From assembly GCA_973895155.1 (NCBI GenBank), contig OZ316891.1:29313611-29377610 (forward strand): a stretch of DNA of 64,000 nucleotides, written 5' to 3'. Of the stretch, positions 50,083 to 64,000 are shown piece by piece. The translations under genes and the position numbers were made by a program. The notes beneath the pieces were generated by a model. The model had not been told where the DNA came from and made no database searches. It saw only the letters and a list, made by a program, of their open reading frames with translations. How positions within the stretch are numbered: the stretch's first letter is position 1; every line of letters begins with the position of its first letter. The stretch is from Marsupella aquatica (taxonomy: Eukaryota; Plantae; Marchantiophyta).

Positions 50083-51624
50083 AACAGGGAGAAGAGTGGC
50101 CCAATTCCGTTTGATTTTTTGTATTTCGACCTGTATGAGAAGGAAAACAGTTTCGGATTCGTATCCTGTTGTCATGATGGTATCTTCAGTACATGAGAAA
50201 TCCAGGAAGGGATTCAATGGTGCGTCTGAAACAGACTTTTGTTTGTTGTATTTTGGGCAACAGCTTCATGTCTTTCTGGCTTTGTCTTTCTATTTGGTTT
50301 CTCTTGAACTTGGCAATGGAAGTTGTATGTGTGAAATACCACAAGCAGAACAAGTTGAGTTATCTGTTAAAGACCTGTTTCATGTCTGGAAACATAGTCT
50401 GTATCTCAGTATTCAGAAATTTGACTGAACAAGCTCATTCAGAGAAAATTGTTACCCATTCCCAGGAAAAAACTGTTTTAACAGCGCTCAAGCAAACAGG
50501 AGGATGAATTCAATACGTAAGTAAGCTTGTACATCATGGTAGTTACAACTTACAAACATGGAGAAATATAAAGTGCACTTTAAACTTTGTGCACATTATT
50601 TCTCAAGCCAGGGTCTGGAGGCAGGCATTCCATGTGTTGACAATTGACCTGCCAATACTCAACCCTAACCCACCACTAGCCATGTCAAAAATTGGATCCA
50701 CCAGGTTTCACCATAATAGTACCATTTTCTTAAAATTGTGAAGCAAGAGGCATTCCATGTGTTGACAATTGACCTGGACCATCACTAGCCATGACAAAAA
50801 TTGGATCCACCAGGTTTCACCATAAATAGTCACCATTTTCCTGAAATTATGAAGCAAAATGGCCCTGGAGAGAAGAAGAATGAGAGTAGATGAATGTGAA
50901 AAAGACACAAGTATTTAGCACTTCCCATTTTTTATGGCTAGTGGTAAGCTTGTGAATATGTTTGGGTTTAGTTACAAACATGGAGGCATGTATGATGTGC
51001 GTGCATCAATCAGTTGAATCCTGGAGTGATGGAGTGAAGGAACAGGTGTACGTAATGTAACCTTGAACACTTTTCTTGGCCTTGGGCCATTTTGGTTTGG
51101 AATTTTTGAGATAGTAGGGATTCAGTTCGTGATTTTTGGTGCTTTGTTGGGAAGATTGTACATTCCAAATTGGATTTGGAAAGTATGAAGCTTCACCTCT
51201 TTTTTACTAAAAATAGTAAAAGTCAAAAATCTCTTATACGTTCAAGTGTACAAGGGCATTATGGACGATATTAGCGCTTCCAAACTCAAGTTAAGCCCAT
51301 CTTTGCGAGTGCATTACTTGACGCCCTTTTTTGTTGTTGTAATTCAAGGCATTTATGGAGCATAATGTAAATTCAAGATTTGGATCAGTTCATTATGAAA
51401 ATTCTCCTTTATTATTCCCCAAAATTAGAAGAAGAACTACAAATATGCCACGGTTTCAGTATATGCTCATCTTGGTTACATGGGTGAACTTGTCATCCAT
51501 ATATAAAAAAGTGGCATACAATAAAAGTGGTGACAAGATTGTCAATTGGAATAGCTTAGTGGAAAAATTACTTAAAAGTTGTATCCCATAATGCCTTGTA
51601 AACAGACTCTACTATCTTTTATAA

Positions 51625-52054
51625 AGAGCAGACCCCAAGCTAGAGTTGGGGTCTAGGCTTCTAGAGTGAAGCCTCTAGACCGTACCTCTAGGGCCCCAGG
51701 GCTCCACTAAATGTATGTGAATGAGTAGGATGGGATGTATGGTATGTCATGCATGCTGACTTTATCATCTTCATTGCTATTCAAAGAACTAGCTCTGATT
51801 ACCCAATCTTTGAATGTGAATAGAGGAGCATACAATAAAAGTGTCAACAAAATAATTATTCCTATTCTTTGAAGGTTGATGAAATGACAAAAAAATATCA
51901 TGCCTAAACCTCATCATTTTAACAATCACACATATCATAACATCTTCCATTCTATGCACATATATTGGTTCATATATTGGTGGGGCCTGGAGTCCAGTCT
52001 AGAGGCTTCACTCTAGAAGCCTAGACCTCGTCTCTAGCTTGGCTTCACGCTTCA
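51625..52054. mobile_element. Tourist-like MITE with ~70-bp TIRs just upstream of EMC10
   Basis: ccaagctagag..ggtctaggcttctagagtgaagcctctagac (51635-51680) is the reverse complement of gtctagaggcttcactctagaagcctagacc..ctctagcttgg (51997-52042). AT-rich interior; ends near taa/tat. Confidence 0.75.
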
Positions 52055-52332
52055 TATATAAAAATGGGCATTCAGGCTCGTACACAAACTGAGCCCAAGG
52101 CCATGTAAATGGAGTTTTTCACACTTTTGCCTTTTGAATGGTCGAGATTAGATCTTAGGCATTTTTACGGGGTTGAGGTATTGGGCAGAGGTTAAGGGTT
52201 ATGTAGAGTGACCCTCAGTCGAAGACCTAAACAACAATTCACAGACTGAGCAGATTTTGGAGAGAGGAATTTTGGAGAGAGGAGAGGAGAGGAGAGGAGA
52301 GGAGAATTGGAGCTCTTGTTTGGGTCCAAATC

Positions 52333-55300
52333 ATGAGGACGAAAATGGTGAAATGGCTTGCAGTCGTGTCCCTTCTCGTGTTTTTCGCATGGCAAGGAGC
52401 TGCAGCATTCCAATCCGACGAGCTCCCCGAAGACGATGACGAATGGGGACTTGTTGGAGGAATTTCGTCGCCTCCCAAAGTGGCAGAAAACGCGAAGCCT
52501 GCCCCCGTGAAAACCAGCAGCACACCTGGAAGTGGTGAAAGATTCGGCAGCAGAGTGAACGCTCCTTCGGCGGACAGGAAGGTGCAGTTCACTTTGGAGC
52601 ATTCGTTCGGAGGGTCCGAATTCTCGCCGGCCGGAGTCTTCACTGCGCGCTTGAGAGATTCTGTCAAAGGTGGTCAGGTGCTTACTGTGGCTGATGACAG
52701 TTTGGGCTCTATGAATTTGACTTCCTGGTGTAAAAGAATCAGGGCTTCATTTAGGGTTGTAGATCCTAAGGATAAATTATGGGCTTTCATAAAAACATTT
52801 AAGTGAATTTGGACTCGTAAACTTATCACAATAATTTTCTTCTGTCTGTAGACCCTGTGGATTTCTATGAATCGGCTAAATTAGAGTCGTTCCACGCTCA
52901 TGTTCTCCTCTCCGAACAGGATATTTCGCTTTCTGATTTTAATGCTAAAGGTCTTGAGGTGAACGTCTGTTCGTCTTTCTGCAAGTTTGCCGAGATCATC
53001 TGTAAGGACTGGAATTGAGGCCGCTGGTGTGATGATCCTCCCGGCTTCGTCACCTGGCTGTAGACTTGACAATTAATTAATGAATTTGAACTTGTAAAAA
53101 ATTAATTGTTCTTTTTGTGTTGACGATGCGGATTCTCACAAACTGTTAAGCTGATTTTTCTTCTTTCCTCCAGTCCTCTCGGAACAGCATCTTTCTTAAT
53201 TCAAATATTGAGCTGAACCTTCATTAATCTTCTGGAAGCTCGCTCTAAAGTGGGTTCTCCAAAGTACTTGTAGTATTGAGGTCGATAAATTAGTTATACA
53301 CGAGAAAATGGACCGATTGCTTTTATACCAGGGCAGATATTTTTGTCTGAAATCGTTTCTGAAGATGTAATTCTGTCTCTCCTGTATGCTTTGCAGACTC
53401 TATCCAAATTTCGGCTCTCGAGAGATGCATTTTCAGATGAAGAAAAGAAAAAATTTCAAGTAAGTTGCTAGGGAGCAGCATTTGGTGTTCAGAGTCCCCA
53501 GGCAATCGAGCTCCGTTGACTCGATTATGTTCTGTTCTCATTTCACAGGGCTTCATTTTCTTCCGAATTAGCTTGTGGAGTTTTCTTCTTGGATTGTCAC
53601 AGTTGCGCAAGCCATTGATAATCTCATCGCTCAAGTATTACGTGTACAGGAATTGCTTGAGAACGATGGCTTCTACAGCATTCGTGTTCCCAGCAATGTT
53701 CTTAATCCTGGGGAATCTTTTGCTGTGTCTTCTGTGAAGGCTGTAAGTTTCTACTAGAGGATCAGTTCTTTTGATGTACAATGCCCACCGAGCCAGTCGG
53801 TTTTTCTTTCTGTTCTTACATCTTCCAGAACTCAAGTTTGAATTTTGCCATTTGAGATCGAGTTTTGGGTTACCTGCCCCGCCTGGCAGCTTTCTTACGA
53901 GGAGCCAGTTCAATAATGCCATAAGCTGCCAGCGTTTGGATTGATGAATGTCATGCTCTAGAAGTGTTCTTGGGTGTTGAAATGGTTACCAGGTTATTAG
54001 CAAGAGACGTTCATGGTGAGCTGACATTGAATCTTACTGTGTCCCACGCTAAATTGCTGGTTGTGGCATTATTGGGAGTCAGCGTTGTTTGGCAGAAAGT
54101 AATTTCCAAGAGCGGTTCGACTTTCAGATGGTAGGATTATGCCGTCAACAACTTATGGCCTGTGTTGTCTTGGTGCTTTCCAATGAATGGAGCTTCTAGA
54201 AGTTTTCTTCGGTTGCAGTAATGGAGAGAGCTTGGACCTAATATTATATAATAGTACACGTGTCTCTTGTTTGCCCATCATGTCCACGCTCTGTTCTTGA
54301 TATTTCTATCTTGTTCTATGATATGGTGGTATGGTTTCTCATTTCGTTGAGATTTTAGGATCAAGGCCATGTCATAGGTGTAACCTATGGTGGTTCAATC
54401 AGCTGTTCATATCCACGAACGCTAAGCACTGTGAGCCCTCTCTGGCTAGTCTTCTCCTGTTCTAATGAGTTCTTTGAGCATATCAATGGTTTCCCTTGTT
54501 TACAAAATTGGGTTCATTTTGCAACCAGTATGTACGTTCTTTCCTTTTTCCTCTGCATGGTATGATTGGTAACCCCTATGATAGCCTTCTGATTAGAAAG
54601 TTTTGTTGCAGCCTTCTCAGTGGAGATTTGACTCGTTAATTATTGTCAAGAGTGCTGAGCAAGCCTCAAGGTAAAAGCTATTCTCATCTTGCACAATGAT
54701 AGCCAGTGGATTGGCAGGAACTCTAGCTTTTCAGTTAGAGTAAAATTTCAAGAATGATTACCTAATGCAGGTGTATCTATGTGGCTATTGCTGTTCTTTG
54801 GATTTGTGTTCTTTGTACTCCGAGGAAAGGTCTGAAGGAGTACAACATTTTGTTGCATCAATCGTGCTTTTCCAACCTTATTTTTTTGATTGGATGGAGT
54901 ACATCAAATGCCTAGATGCCGTCTTCTTGTCTTCCAAAATGATTAGGGTAACTTTGCGACCTTGCCCGTGATCGAACGCTTGAACCAAATGTAATCTTTG
55001 ATTGACTGATTCAGGTCATTGTTAGCCCCTGAAATTGTGGAAGTGGCAACCGATGAAGAGCTTACAGCTGACGATGGGACTCTAGTAAAGAAGTTACCAG
55101 AAAAGTCGTTTTGGTCCAAATATGTATGTACATGTTCCCTTTATCAAGCATTTTGAAATTCCAATTGGACCTTTCCTCCGGATTTCCTTGTGTACCCTTT
55201 GTTTCTAATGTCATTTATTCCGTCTACTTGGAGTCTTTGGCTGTCATTCGCATTACATATACAATAGGACAGTCCTCCAAGTCATCATCGGATCCGAGGA

Positions 55301-55528
55301 CCAAGCATTGCTTTGTTTGCCACTGAACTGTCTGCCTACCGTCCATAAGCTGATGTTAATGTTTGCTTGTCGTTGCAGTGGATGTATATTGTCCCAGTCA
55401 GTTTAATTTTGGTGAATGCAGTCACACAATTTGCAAACTTGCCGGAAGAGGGAGCTGCTGGTCAGGGAGCTGCAGGGACGCAGCCGCGAGTTGGTGGTCC
55501 GGGTGGAGGAGCTACTCGCAGGCGGTGA
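52333..55528 (+). CDS. EMC10: ER membrane protein complex subunit 10
   Basis: Signal peptide followed by AFQSDEL..DDDEWGL, KVQFTLEHSFG..FSPAGVFTARL, /TLSKFRLSRDAF, /ELLENDGFYSIRVPSNVL, /RCLAESN, EKSFWSKY/WMYIVPVSLILVNAVTQ. Eight GT-AG exons ending in TGA at 55528. Confidence 0.93.
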
Positions 55529-58500
55529 CTGACTGTTGCTCTTAGATTAATGATACTCTTTGTTGAGGTAGCTTAAATTTCCTCTATCTGGCATCAAGCT
55601 TGTATCAACGAGCAGTTATGGGTTCAACCCTACCACCCCCGCTGTTCCTCTTAGACTAGTGATGAGTTCCACATTTAATGTACTGGGGGTGTAATTTTTC
55701 TCAATTTGAGCCCGAGCTCTTGGTACAAGTTAATATGGGTTGATTCCTGTCGCAGCCAATGCTATCATGAATGAACATCTGAGCTGCATTACTCAGCCAT
55801 TATATTGTATCTACAATTTGTTTTGAATCATGTTCGTGTTTTTTGCTTTATTGCGAGCTACTCATGTGGCACCACGAGACATCTTAAACTCTGAGGGCCG
55901 CCACAGGGGGCTGAGGGTTTGGTGGTACAATACACAGCTACGTACACAGCAGATGTTGGGCCCAGGACCAGACCACAATTGACTGGGGGCATTCCCAGAA
56001 GCTAGACATTGCGTAGGGGAGTATGAGAGGGGCAGTGCACTGGGACCTCAATCAGAGCATTAACTTCCACCCACAATTTGGGATAAGTGCCAAAATCAAT
56101 GTGCATCATTCTGCTCTAGTTTTGGATATACAGTCTACCGTGTCTAAGTGCAGGCTCCTGGGAAGACACCCCGAGCCTGTACTTATACACGGTGTGCCCT
56201 CCGTAATAAGTGCATGATCTTCATATCCCGCATTTATGGGCATGTGCCAGCATTCGAAATTGGTGCACTTGTGATTTTGATCGGTGTGCAGGATAAGGGC
56301 ATGTGCTTGGCGTTTTGACAGGTTGAGTTTGCACCAGAAAATGTATTAGAAGGTGCGAAAATTGAAGCAAATTGCAAAGTTACTCCATGACACACAATCA
56401 AATTCAGTTGCTTGTGCTTACAAATGTCTCGCTTGTGCTTGTGGGTCAAAAGGTCGTCAACTTCTTCCCCCCATGATGACAGCGCTTCAGAGAACAGTGT
56501 GCTGCCACACACTGTCCCTGGTTGACTGCCCTGGTTGACTGTTGCCCTTTGTCAGACCTAATCCTCGATGCACTTCACATTCTCTCCGTGGAAACCTCGT
56601 GATCTGCTGTCAGGTCACAAATAAATCTCTCCTACCCTGCCCAAATGCTTTAGTGCAAACTAGTACTCTCCTGTTTGTATGCAGCACTCCGATGTCAGCA
56701 CTGTACCTAATTCTTTCAAGCAATTATAAATAAAAGCATCTTGTCTACCTTATGCACTAATTGATAAACACATGTAAACTCTTAGAGAAGAATGAATTTA
56801 TGAATCTTGTCGCGTAGTGCCGCTAAGATGCACTTACAGATGGTGCATTTTTGGGTGCATTTACAATTGGGGACTACGCCAGCACCCTGCAGGTACCCCC
56901 GAAATGCAGTTATACACATGCATTTACAATTGGGGACAAAGCTAGCACCTTGCAGTTACCCCTGAAATGCAGTTATACACATAGCACTTATCCACTATAC
57001 ACTGTACTTTGGAGCTAGACCTACTTGTGTACCCTTTCAATATAGAGAAATATTGTTTTATATAACCATTGTGAAGTCCACACATCATGTGATGAAGATA
57101 TTGAGAATTATAAACTGAACCAACAAAAAACTCTTTTAATTTGTGCATACACTCCACATATATCAAGTTACTTCTAAATGATTATTCACCACAAGGCCAT
57201 GTAAGGGAGATGGAAGAATTCTACAATATCAAATTCAACCAAAAGTTTGCCTTCAGCCAATAGGTTTACAAATGAGGCAGGTTTGTTTAATTTTTAAGGG
57301 GCAAATGTTTAGGACAAATGCTCCCATGCAAACCAGCTGGGTATACACTAAGGTTCATAATACAATGTAGTCATTTTTAGATATATTGTGTGTTTATATT
57401 GCATTTAGGATGATATCACTCAGTCAACTTGCACATTGCTTAGGACCATTACACCTTAGATCTTGCGATTTCAAAACATCCTATATTTGAGTGCCCAACA
57501 GATCAATCTATCAGTGCTTATAAAGTTTTGGAGAAAATTATGAGAAAAAATCATAACCCAGAGGTAAATGGAAATATTCATTTGCCCACGCAATTCTGGC
57601 ACATGGAACTTGGCTATGGTATTGCAGGTTTCAAAGAACCAAAAATGTTGATGACCAGATCAAAATTATTGTGGTGAGTTGCAAGGTGTCACAATTATAT
57701 CACTTTCACTCACACTTTGGTCAAGATGAAGTTCACATCATTCTTAGGATGACTTCACATGACACCAGGGGCACTTGTGACTTTTTTTTCACCAATGGAG
57801 GGTCACTTCTTGCTCTAAAGATGGATTCCTAACCAAAGATCTTTTAAAACAAAGGTGTGCAGCCATTGATTGAAGAAGCTGAAGTTTGGAAATGTTTGGA
57901 CCACCTCTAGAGGTGGTCTAAATTCTCAACAAAATTAGCACTCCACATCAGCTTGGGCCCACTGCTTGTCATGTAGGATAGTTAGATGCCATTCCTGAAA
58001 GGCCCTGGTTCTTGTAAATTCAGTTGCAGCCCTTTCCACTCATCATAGCATCCAAAGTTAATCTTAGAGGAAATGAAATGAAGCAATGGCCTCAACATCT
58101 TGTAAAGCCACCTTGAATCTTGCTATACTTCAAGTGACCGTTCCTGGAAAACTCATTTAAAACAATCAGTTTGGTCCCACTCTTGCAGCAAATCTGCCCA
58201 TCGGACCTTTTTCATTTAGGTGATAAGAACGTGGACTTTAATTTTTCCATAGTGTCAAGTCTTTTATCTGCAAAGTGCTTGGTGAACCCCATTTTGGGAT
58301 TGGGGTTGGTGCAAAAGCTAGTTGACTGGTCATGCTTGAACTTAGAACCTCATTTCCCACTATGACAACTAATATGGTTAAGCCACACTTGCTGGGAGTG
58401 ACCAATTTTGATAAATGCACTTGCTTGGATCCTTGCCTTGTAGGTAGCATTTGCAAATAGGAAGACTTACTGCCCTTGGTGGTTTTTCTGAGTGTATTTT

Positions 58501-60102
58501 TATGCTTTATGGAGAATTTATGCACAGTCTAGATTTGAATTGGGACATTACAAAACCTTTCCTATACTTCTACTAGAAACAGAAGAAAAAAAAAGTTAGC
58601 CATTAAGTTTAAGTGGATTAATGTCTTGGTAGGAGGCATTGTGGGCAATATAAGCCCCTCAAAACTCGAGCTAACGCCCTTGTTTTGGGAGGGGATTGTA
58701 GTCCACATTGTTACTAACTTTATACATACTCATATCTCCACCTTTTGTGAGCGGCGAGGGCAGTGTGCAATTACAGGCAGCATTGAAAGGCAGGGGTCTC
58801 AATTATGAGAGCACAAGTCCCAAAATGGGACATGACACCACATACAGACCCTGAAACTAGGGGGGGCGGGCGGACCATATTATTTGAAACCATCAGTGTC
58901 CAATTGATTCAGCCCACAAGTGTCTTCTCTGTGTTTGCTCTACAACATGTTTGCGAATAAACACTGAGCCAAAATGGTCAGGGGGCAACATTGGCTCCCC
59001 GGCCGAAAGTGTGACAACCACAGTTTTGGATGTCCGCACACTTTTGGTGGACCTCCGTTTGGGGACATTACCGGGCAGCCCATATGGGCCCGCGGGTCCA
59101 AAATTGAGACCCCCTATCGAAAGGCAGGAGGAGCTGTGAGCGACGGATCTTTTCGCATCGGCCTGCTCGTCCAGAATCTTCTCGCATCGGGCCGAAGTAC
59201 AAGGAATCTGGCATTCCAGCCAATGATTCTCAAACAGCCACCAGCTGTTGCATAAACAATGTACGTGTGGTGATGAGTGTCCTGCCACCTGTCCTGGCGT
59301 GGCATCCCCACATGCCAACACCTGTTAGGGGGGGACAAGTGGCACCGTCCTCACCTGCCCACTCATCATCATCTCCTAAAGAAAACTATTAGACAATCAC
59401 TCTCTTCCCAACTTGACGAAGCATAGAGAGTAGACCCTCTTATTATATTGCATGTCGTTCGGCACTGTCGTTTCTGTTTGGCAATCTGCGTTTTAGGTCT
59501 GCAATTGCAATCCGGCCTGCAAAATACGCTTTGATGATGAGCTGATTTAGAGTGTCGAGAGAGTTCTGAATTGATGTCCTGCAGCGAGCTTTTGACTGAG
59601 TTACAATCTTGCTGTGAAATCGAGCTCGTGAATTTCCATTGAGGGACTTTTGGGAAGAGAAGAAAGTTTGGAGCGAAGGGGTTCGATCAGTGCAGCCGCA
59701 ATTACTTCAGAGGCGTTTGTGGGTCCCGTTAGTCAAGGAGAGGAAGTTTCAGGGCCGCCGTTGTGAGAGAGAAGAGGCAGAGAGAAGAGTGGTCGATACA
59801 ATCGCATCTCCCATCGTGGGACCCTGGTCGAGAGACCTCATGCACAAGTGGGTTTCATTTGTAACACACACAGCAGAAAGCATCAGGAGAGCAGAGACGA
59901 AGTGAGATTCTGTTGCCTGAATCACTTAGAGAGCGAGAGACTGAGAGAGAAGCCGTAACAGGAGGGACTAGGGTAATTTTCGTTACCCGTGAGATTGAGC
60001 GATTGAGACAGAGAGATAAAGGGTACGACGGTAAGGACTAGCTTGGTGGCTGTTAGCCGTAGGGGAGCTGGGACAATCGAGAGGGGTGGCCACCAGGGCA
60101 AT

Positions 60103-60110
60103 CACGTGGC
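60103..60110 (+). promoter_or_regulatory. ABRE/G-box (CACGTGGC) upstream of the hydrophilin gene
   Basis: Exact cACGTGGC about 130 bp upstream of the ATG at 60237. A short motif that could occur by chance. Confidence 0.4.
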
Positions 60111-60236
60111 AGTGATCCTTGTGGCAGTCTCAGGAGTGGAAGTAGGAAGAGCTACCGAAATTGATCTGGATCGGGAACTTCAATCGGAGATTCAGCTGGT
60201 TGGACTGAAATAAGCAGATACCAGAGTACGTGCAAT

Positions 60237-62939
60237 ATGGCGGGTTCAGGTACTGTTGGCCTTTAAATTATCCCAACTTGGTGTGAATTTGAGTATACTA
60301 CCTATCTTGTTGTCACGGCACACAGGCCGCTGTTGATGTTGGGTTTTCAGTTTTGAGGGCTTCAGAAGAGGTTTCTGCTCTGTTATTCAGTACGTTTCTT
60401 CTGTCTGTTCCTGTCTGTTCCTCTTTGCCGCGCCCATGTGATAGAGATTCGTTCACTGTTCCTGTCCCTGGTCTCAAATGTGACAGCACCTCTTTTGTTA
60501 TTCCACGACTTTTCAGTCGATCTGATATCTGCTACTTATCCTCTTTCACTTCACCACTGCTTCTACACCTACAAACATGATTCCCATAATAATTGCCATC
60601 TCAATCATCATAACCCTGTACTTCTATGATTTCCCTGATCCAAAGGCTTGGTTTGATCATTGGAGGTCTCACTCCCGCTCCCGTCCAGGTCTGATCTATT
60701 GCTCCCAACGCTTTATTGAAGATCTTATTGGAGGAACGGTTAATGCCTATGCACTGTATTTCCACTTCTTTCTCCAGTCCTCGAAAATTCTGGCTTCGAA
60801 AGGGTGACGGTGGTTTTGAAAAGACAGGTGAACATGATCTCGGTTTTGTGCAGGTGGACAGGAGAAAGTCCGGAGTCACCTGGAGGAGAAGGTTCCCGAG
60901 AAACAAGGGTTATTGGGCAGAGTAAGTATTCGCTGGAGCCTACTCTGATGCAATTGATGATATGACTCGCTTCCTTATTTTCACGTTGAGGGCCTTCGTG
61001 TGATAGTTGTCACCATTTCGATCCTAAATCAGCCTGTCGTTTGATAAACACAAAGCTCATCACCCACAACAAGACCGCGCTTTCGCTCCGCGTTTGTTTA
61101 CAACCAAGTACCATCTGGACTCGCAGTGTTCTCTTCTTGAAAATCATTTCAGCATATCCATCATGAGGCAGACTTAGTTGTCACTTTTCCAGCCCACGGT
61201 TCTTAGAACTATGACTCGCTATGAACAAAATTGGTTTATCTGTCATGATGTAGATTTTGCCCAGATTACACGGTTATGTAGTGAAGGTTTTGCGGATGGA
61301 ATTTGAGAAGTAGACTCAAAAAAAGTTAGACCTCCTTGGTACCTTATAATTTCCTGAGCTGGTTTTGGAGCTGCCAGGCATCTGCAATTTCAACTTAGAG
61401 TTTGTGCTATGGAGCCGCTGCGCTTTACTGGATCTCAAGGGGTCGTGTCGAAGATTCATTTCTCAAAGGAGATTAATATTTTTAAACGTTTATGATCGTT
61501 TACGTAAGCTTTAGAAATGAAGCAAGTTCATTACCGGAATCTGGAAAGTTATGCAACGTATAAGCTATTGGTAGCACGCGTTTCGTGAGTGTTGGGTGGA
61601 ATTGGAAGTGAATTGCCCGTGGGTTGCTGTAGGTGAAGGACAGTCTAAATTTTACAAAGCACTTGGGATTCATTTCCGACCTTGATTCACCAGCAAGTCA
61701 AGCAGCCTTGGCTGAAGAGCGTGAGAGAGAAGAACGAGAAGGGGTGAAGGTGGAGGTTCCGCAGGCACCAATATCTGAACGGGTCATGCAAGGCGTAACA
61801 AATGTGGCAAATACTGCCTCTGTAATTGCAACTGGTGCATCTGGAGGTGTGGCTCCTAGAGGCCAAGAACTTCCAGAGGAAGCCGAATCAGGTAAAGGCT
61901 GCACTTTCGATTACTTCTCACCGTTGTTACTACATTTCGTGTGTTCCAAACTAATAGTGTAGATTTCAACAACTTAGATGTTGACGGATTGAGCTCAGGA
62001 GAAAGTTTCTGTGTACAGAAAATTCATGTTTTGCAAAGATAATGTAAAGAAAATATTGAGTTTAAGGTTCTTGCAGAGAGAAACATCTTAACCTTGGATT
62101 GCAGACATCGTCACATTTCCAGATGAATTAAATCTTGAAAGGAGAAGTTGATGAGAACCCAGTAAATATCATTCATTTGAGCACGAATTTTCCTGAAAGG
62201 AGCAATTTATAAGAACCCAGTGGGTGTCATGCATTTTGAGCTCAAAATAGTTGGCATTTAACAGTAATTTCTCTAAGTTTCCCAAATTTCTTCGGTGGAC
62301 ACATCCCTAGAAGGTAGCGTTCACATTCATTCCAGTCTTACCGGTTTACTTTCGGTTTACTTCTGTGAGGTTCCCTGCTCCGCTGGGAGAAACTGTGAGT
62401 CCCTGAAGTAAAGTATTTTCACTGCTCACACAGTTGTGACTGTAATGTCTACATCAACATATTATTTTCAGAATTCGTATGCATTCCAATTATAAATACA
62501 TCTGACGAGATGTGTGATTGATGTCCATAAGGAAATGTGTTGTTGTTATTGTGTTGTAGATGATTCTCTTGGACATCCAGTATCAGGCACTGCTGGTGAC
62601 AAAGGTCAGGAACCCGGACATCCAAAGTCAATTGTATCAGGCACTGCTGGTGACAAAGGTCTGGAACCCGGACATCCAGAGTCAATTGTATCAGGCACGA
62701 ATAGTGACAAGAAGCAGGACCTTACAAATGCACCAACGCCGAAGCAGTCCGAGCAGCAACAGAAACATTCTTGGACCCACAGAGCAGGCCACAAAGATCA
62801 CGAAGCGGAAGCAGCTGAGAAAGACGGTCATTCATTTTCCAAATGGGCAGTTCGTACTGCCCAGAAGCTTGGGCATGTAGTGGCCTCAAAAGACCTGACG
62901 GACGATCCGTCTGTAGAGGCGAAGCCGGGAAAGAAATGA
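60237..62939 (+). CDS. Hydrophilic, probably disordered protein (LEA/dehydrin-like), 239 aa
   Basis: Exons 60237-60249, 60854-60921, 61633-61891 and 62560-62939 with consistent phases (720 nt). Translation: MAGSGGQEKVRSHLEEKVPEKQGLLGR/VKDSLNF...; rich in G/E/K/S/H, with an 18-aa internal repeat. Confidence 0.72.
62571..62698 (+). repeat. 54-bp coding tandem repeat (VSGTAGDKGxEPGHPxSI, ~2.3 copies)
   Basis: gtatcaggcactgctggtgacaaaggtc.ggaacccggacatcca.agtcaatt repeated in frame. Confidence 0.9.
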
Positions 62940-63433
62940 GCTGAACGGGTGGTAAGACAAATTTCTGTGAGCACCGTTCCTATCTTCATCATCAGCATCA
63001 GGAATTGAGCATAATTCTTTGGCCGCGCACAGCAATTGAAGATTCGTTGTGGTCAGCCCCGACTGTACTGTGATCAAGAGAGTTTAAGCACCAAAACCTG
63101 ACAGTTTGTGCAAGGATTTGGGCCAAAGGGATGTAGAAGCCGGTCTTTCGGCAGCTCAAAGTCTATCTGTGAGCTTGCAACCCTGAAACAACAATTGGGT
63201 TCCTTTTAAGTCGAACATTATTCTCCCTAACTCCACGGAGTATTGAGAGTGCAAGGAGAGGTTCGATTTCGCAAGCATTGAAGCGAAGGTAGAAGGATAC
63301 TCTAGAAGGCTGTGACTCTTCTGTTGAAAACTTCTGCAATTACCCAGTGGAAAGACGCTACAAATCACTAGACAGTGCTTAGAATTCTTGAGCGCGGTGG
63401 TAACTTCTGATTAATCTAAAAGAACAACTTTTA

Positions 63434-63563
63434 TTGGGGACCTCTAACTGCGTCACTTTTTCAGTGGTGGTACACTTGTAATGAATTTCAAGCATACTTT
63501 GGGGACCTCTAACTGCGTCACTTTTTCAGTGGTGGTACACTTGTAATGAATTTCAAGCATACT
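63434..63563. repeat. Perfect 65-bp tandem duplication
   Basis: ttggggacctctaactgcgtcactttttcagtggtggtacacttgtaatgaatttcaagcatact occurs twice. Confidence 0.9.
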
Positions 63564-64000
63564 TATGAACATGTTCGAACTGGAATCGTTAAACAAAATA
63601 TGAAAATAAGTTCGTCTTGGAAGCTGAATTTGTATCTTGTGAAACGATTAGATCACGTGGTAAGAATGTTCATTGCTCAAATATGAAAATAAGCACGTCC
63701 TCGAAGTTGAATTTGTATCTTGTGAATACGATTAGATTTCATGATGAGAACGCTCTGGAAAAGTCTAGGTCGAAGCTGTGGACGAAGGATGTCGTGTGCT
63801 AGAGTGCAGGATGTATCCCCGTTCCTTCCCTGATGGGTGTGAACTCTATACTCTCCGACTGATGAGAATTTACATCATTTACTCGTCTGAAGATTTCGAA
63901 GTAAAGTAATTTCTCCTCGATATCACTAATCTAAAGTGGCATCGTCGGCTTTGCCACATGTAAGATATGTATTAGCGATTGCTTTTACAAGATTTGCCCA

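Overview
Eukaryotic nuclear DNA from a land plant, most likely a bryophyte (inferred from intron-rich genes, plant-type proteins and plant DNA-transposon families). Six spliced protein-coding genes were reconstructed by hand: the 5' part of a PUM24/APUM24 nucleolar Pumilio gene (minus strand, with two probable GC-AG introns), a PABN-like RRM protein, an N-acetylmuramoyl-L-alanine amidase (Amidase_3-like) gene on the minus strand, a BAH-TFIIS-M protein (AIPP3-like), EMC10, and a small hydrophilic LEA/dehydrin-like protein. About 3-27 kb and 40-44 kb are gene-poor and hold a non-autonomous MULE (10-bp TSD), Tc1/mariner-type MITEs (TA TSD), a Harbinger transposase pseudogene interrupted by an 8-bp-TSD MITE, and several minisatellites. 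The best candidate for a novel system is the 11-exon bacterial-type peptidoglycan amidase (34781-38195, minus). It keeps the H-E-H-E zinc/catalytic residues, has a transit-peptide-like N-terminus and is nearly invisible in the six-frame ORF track. It may remodel chloroplast peptidoglycan. All family assignments come from motif recognition, not database searches.
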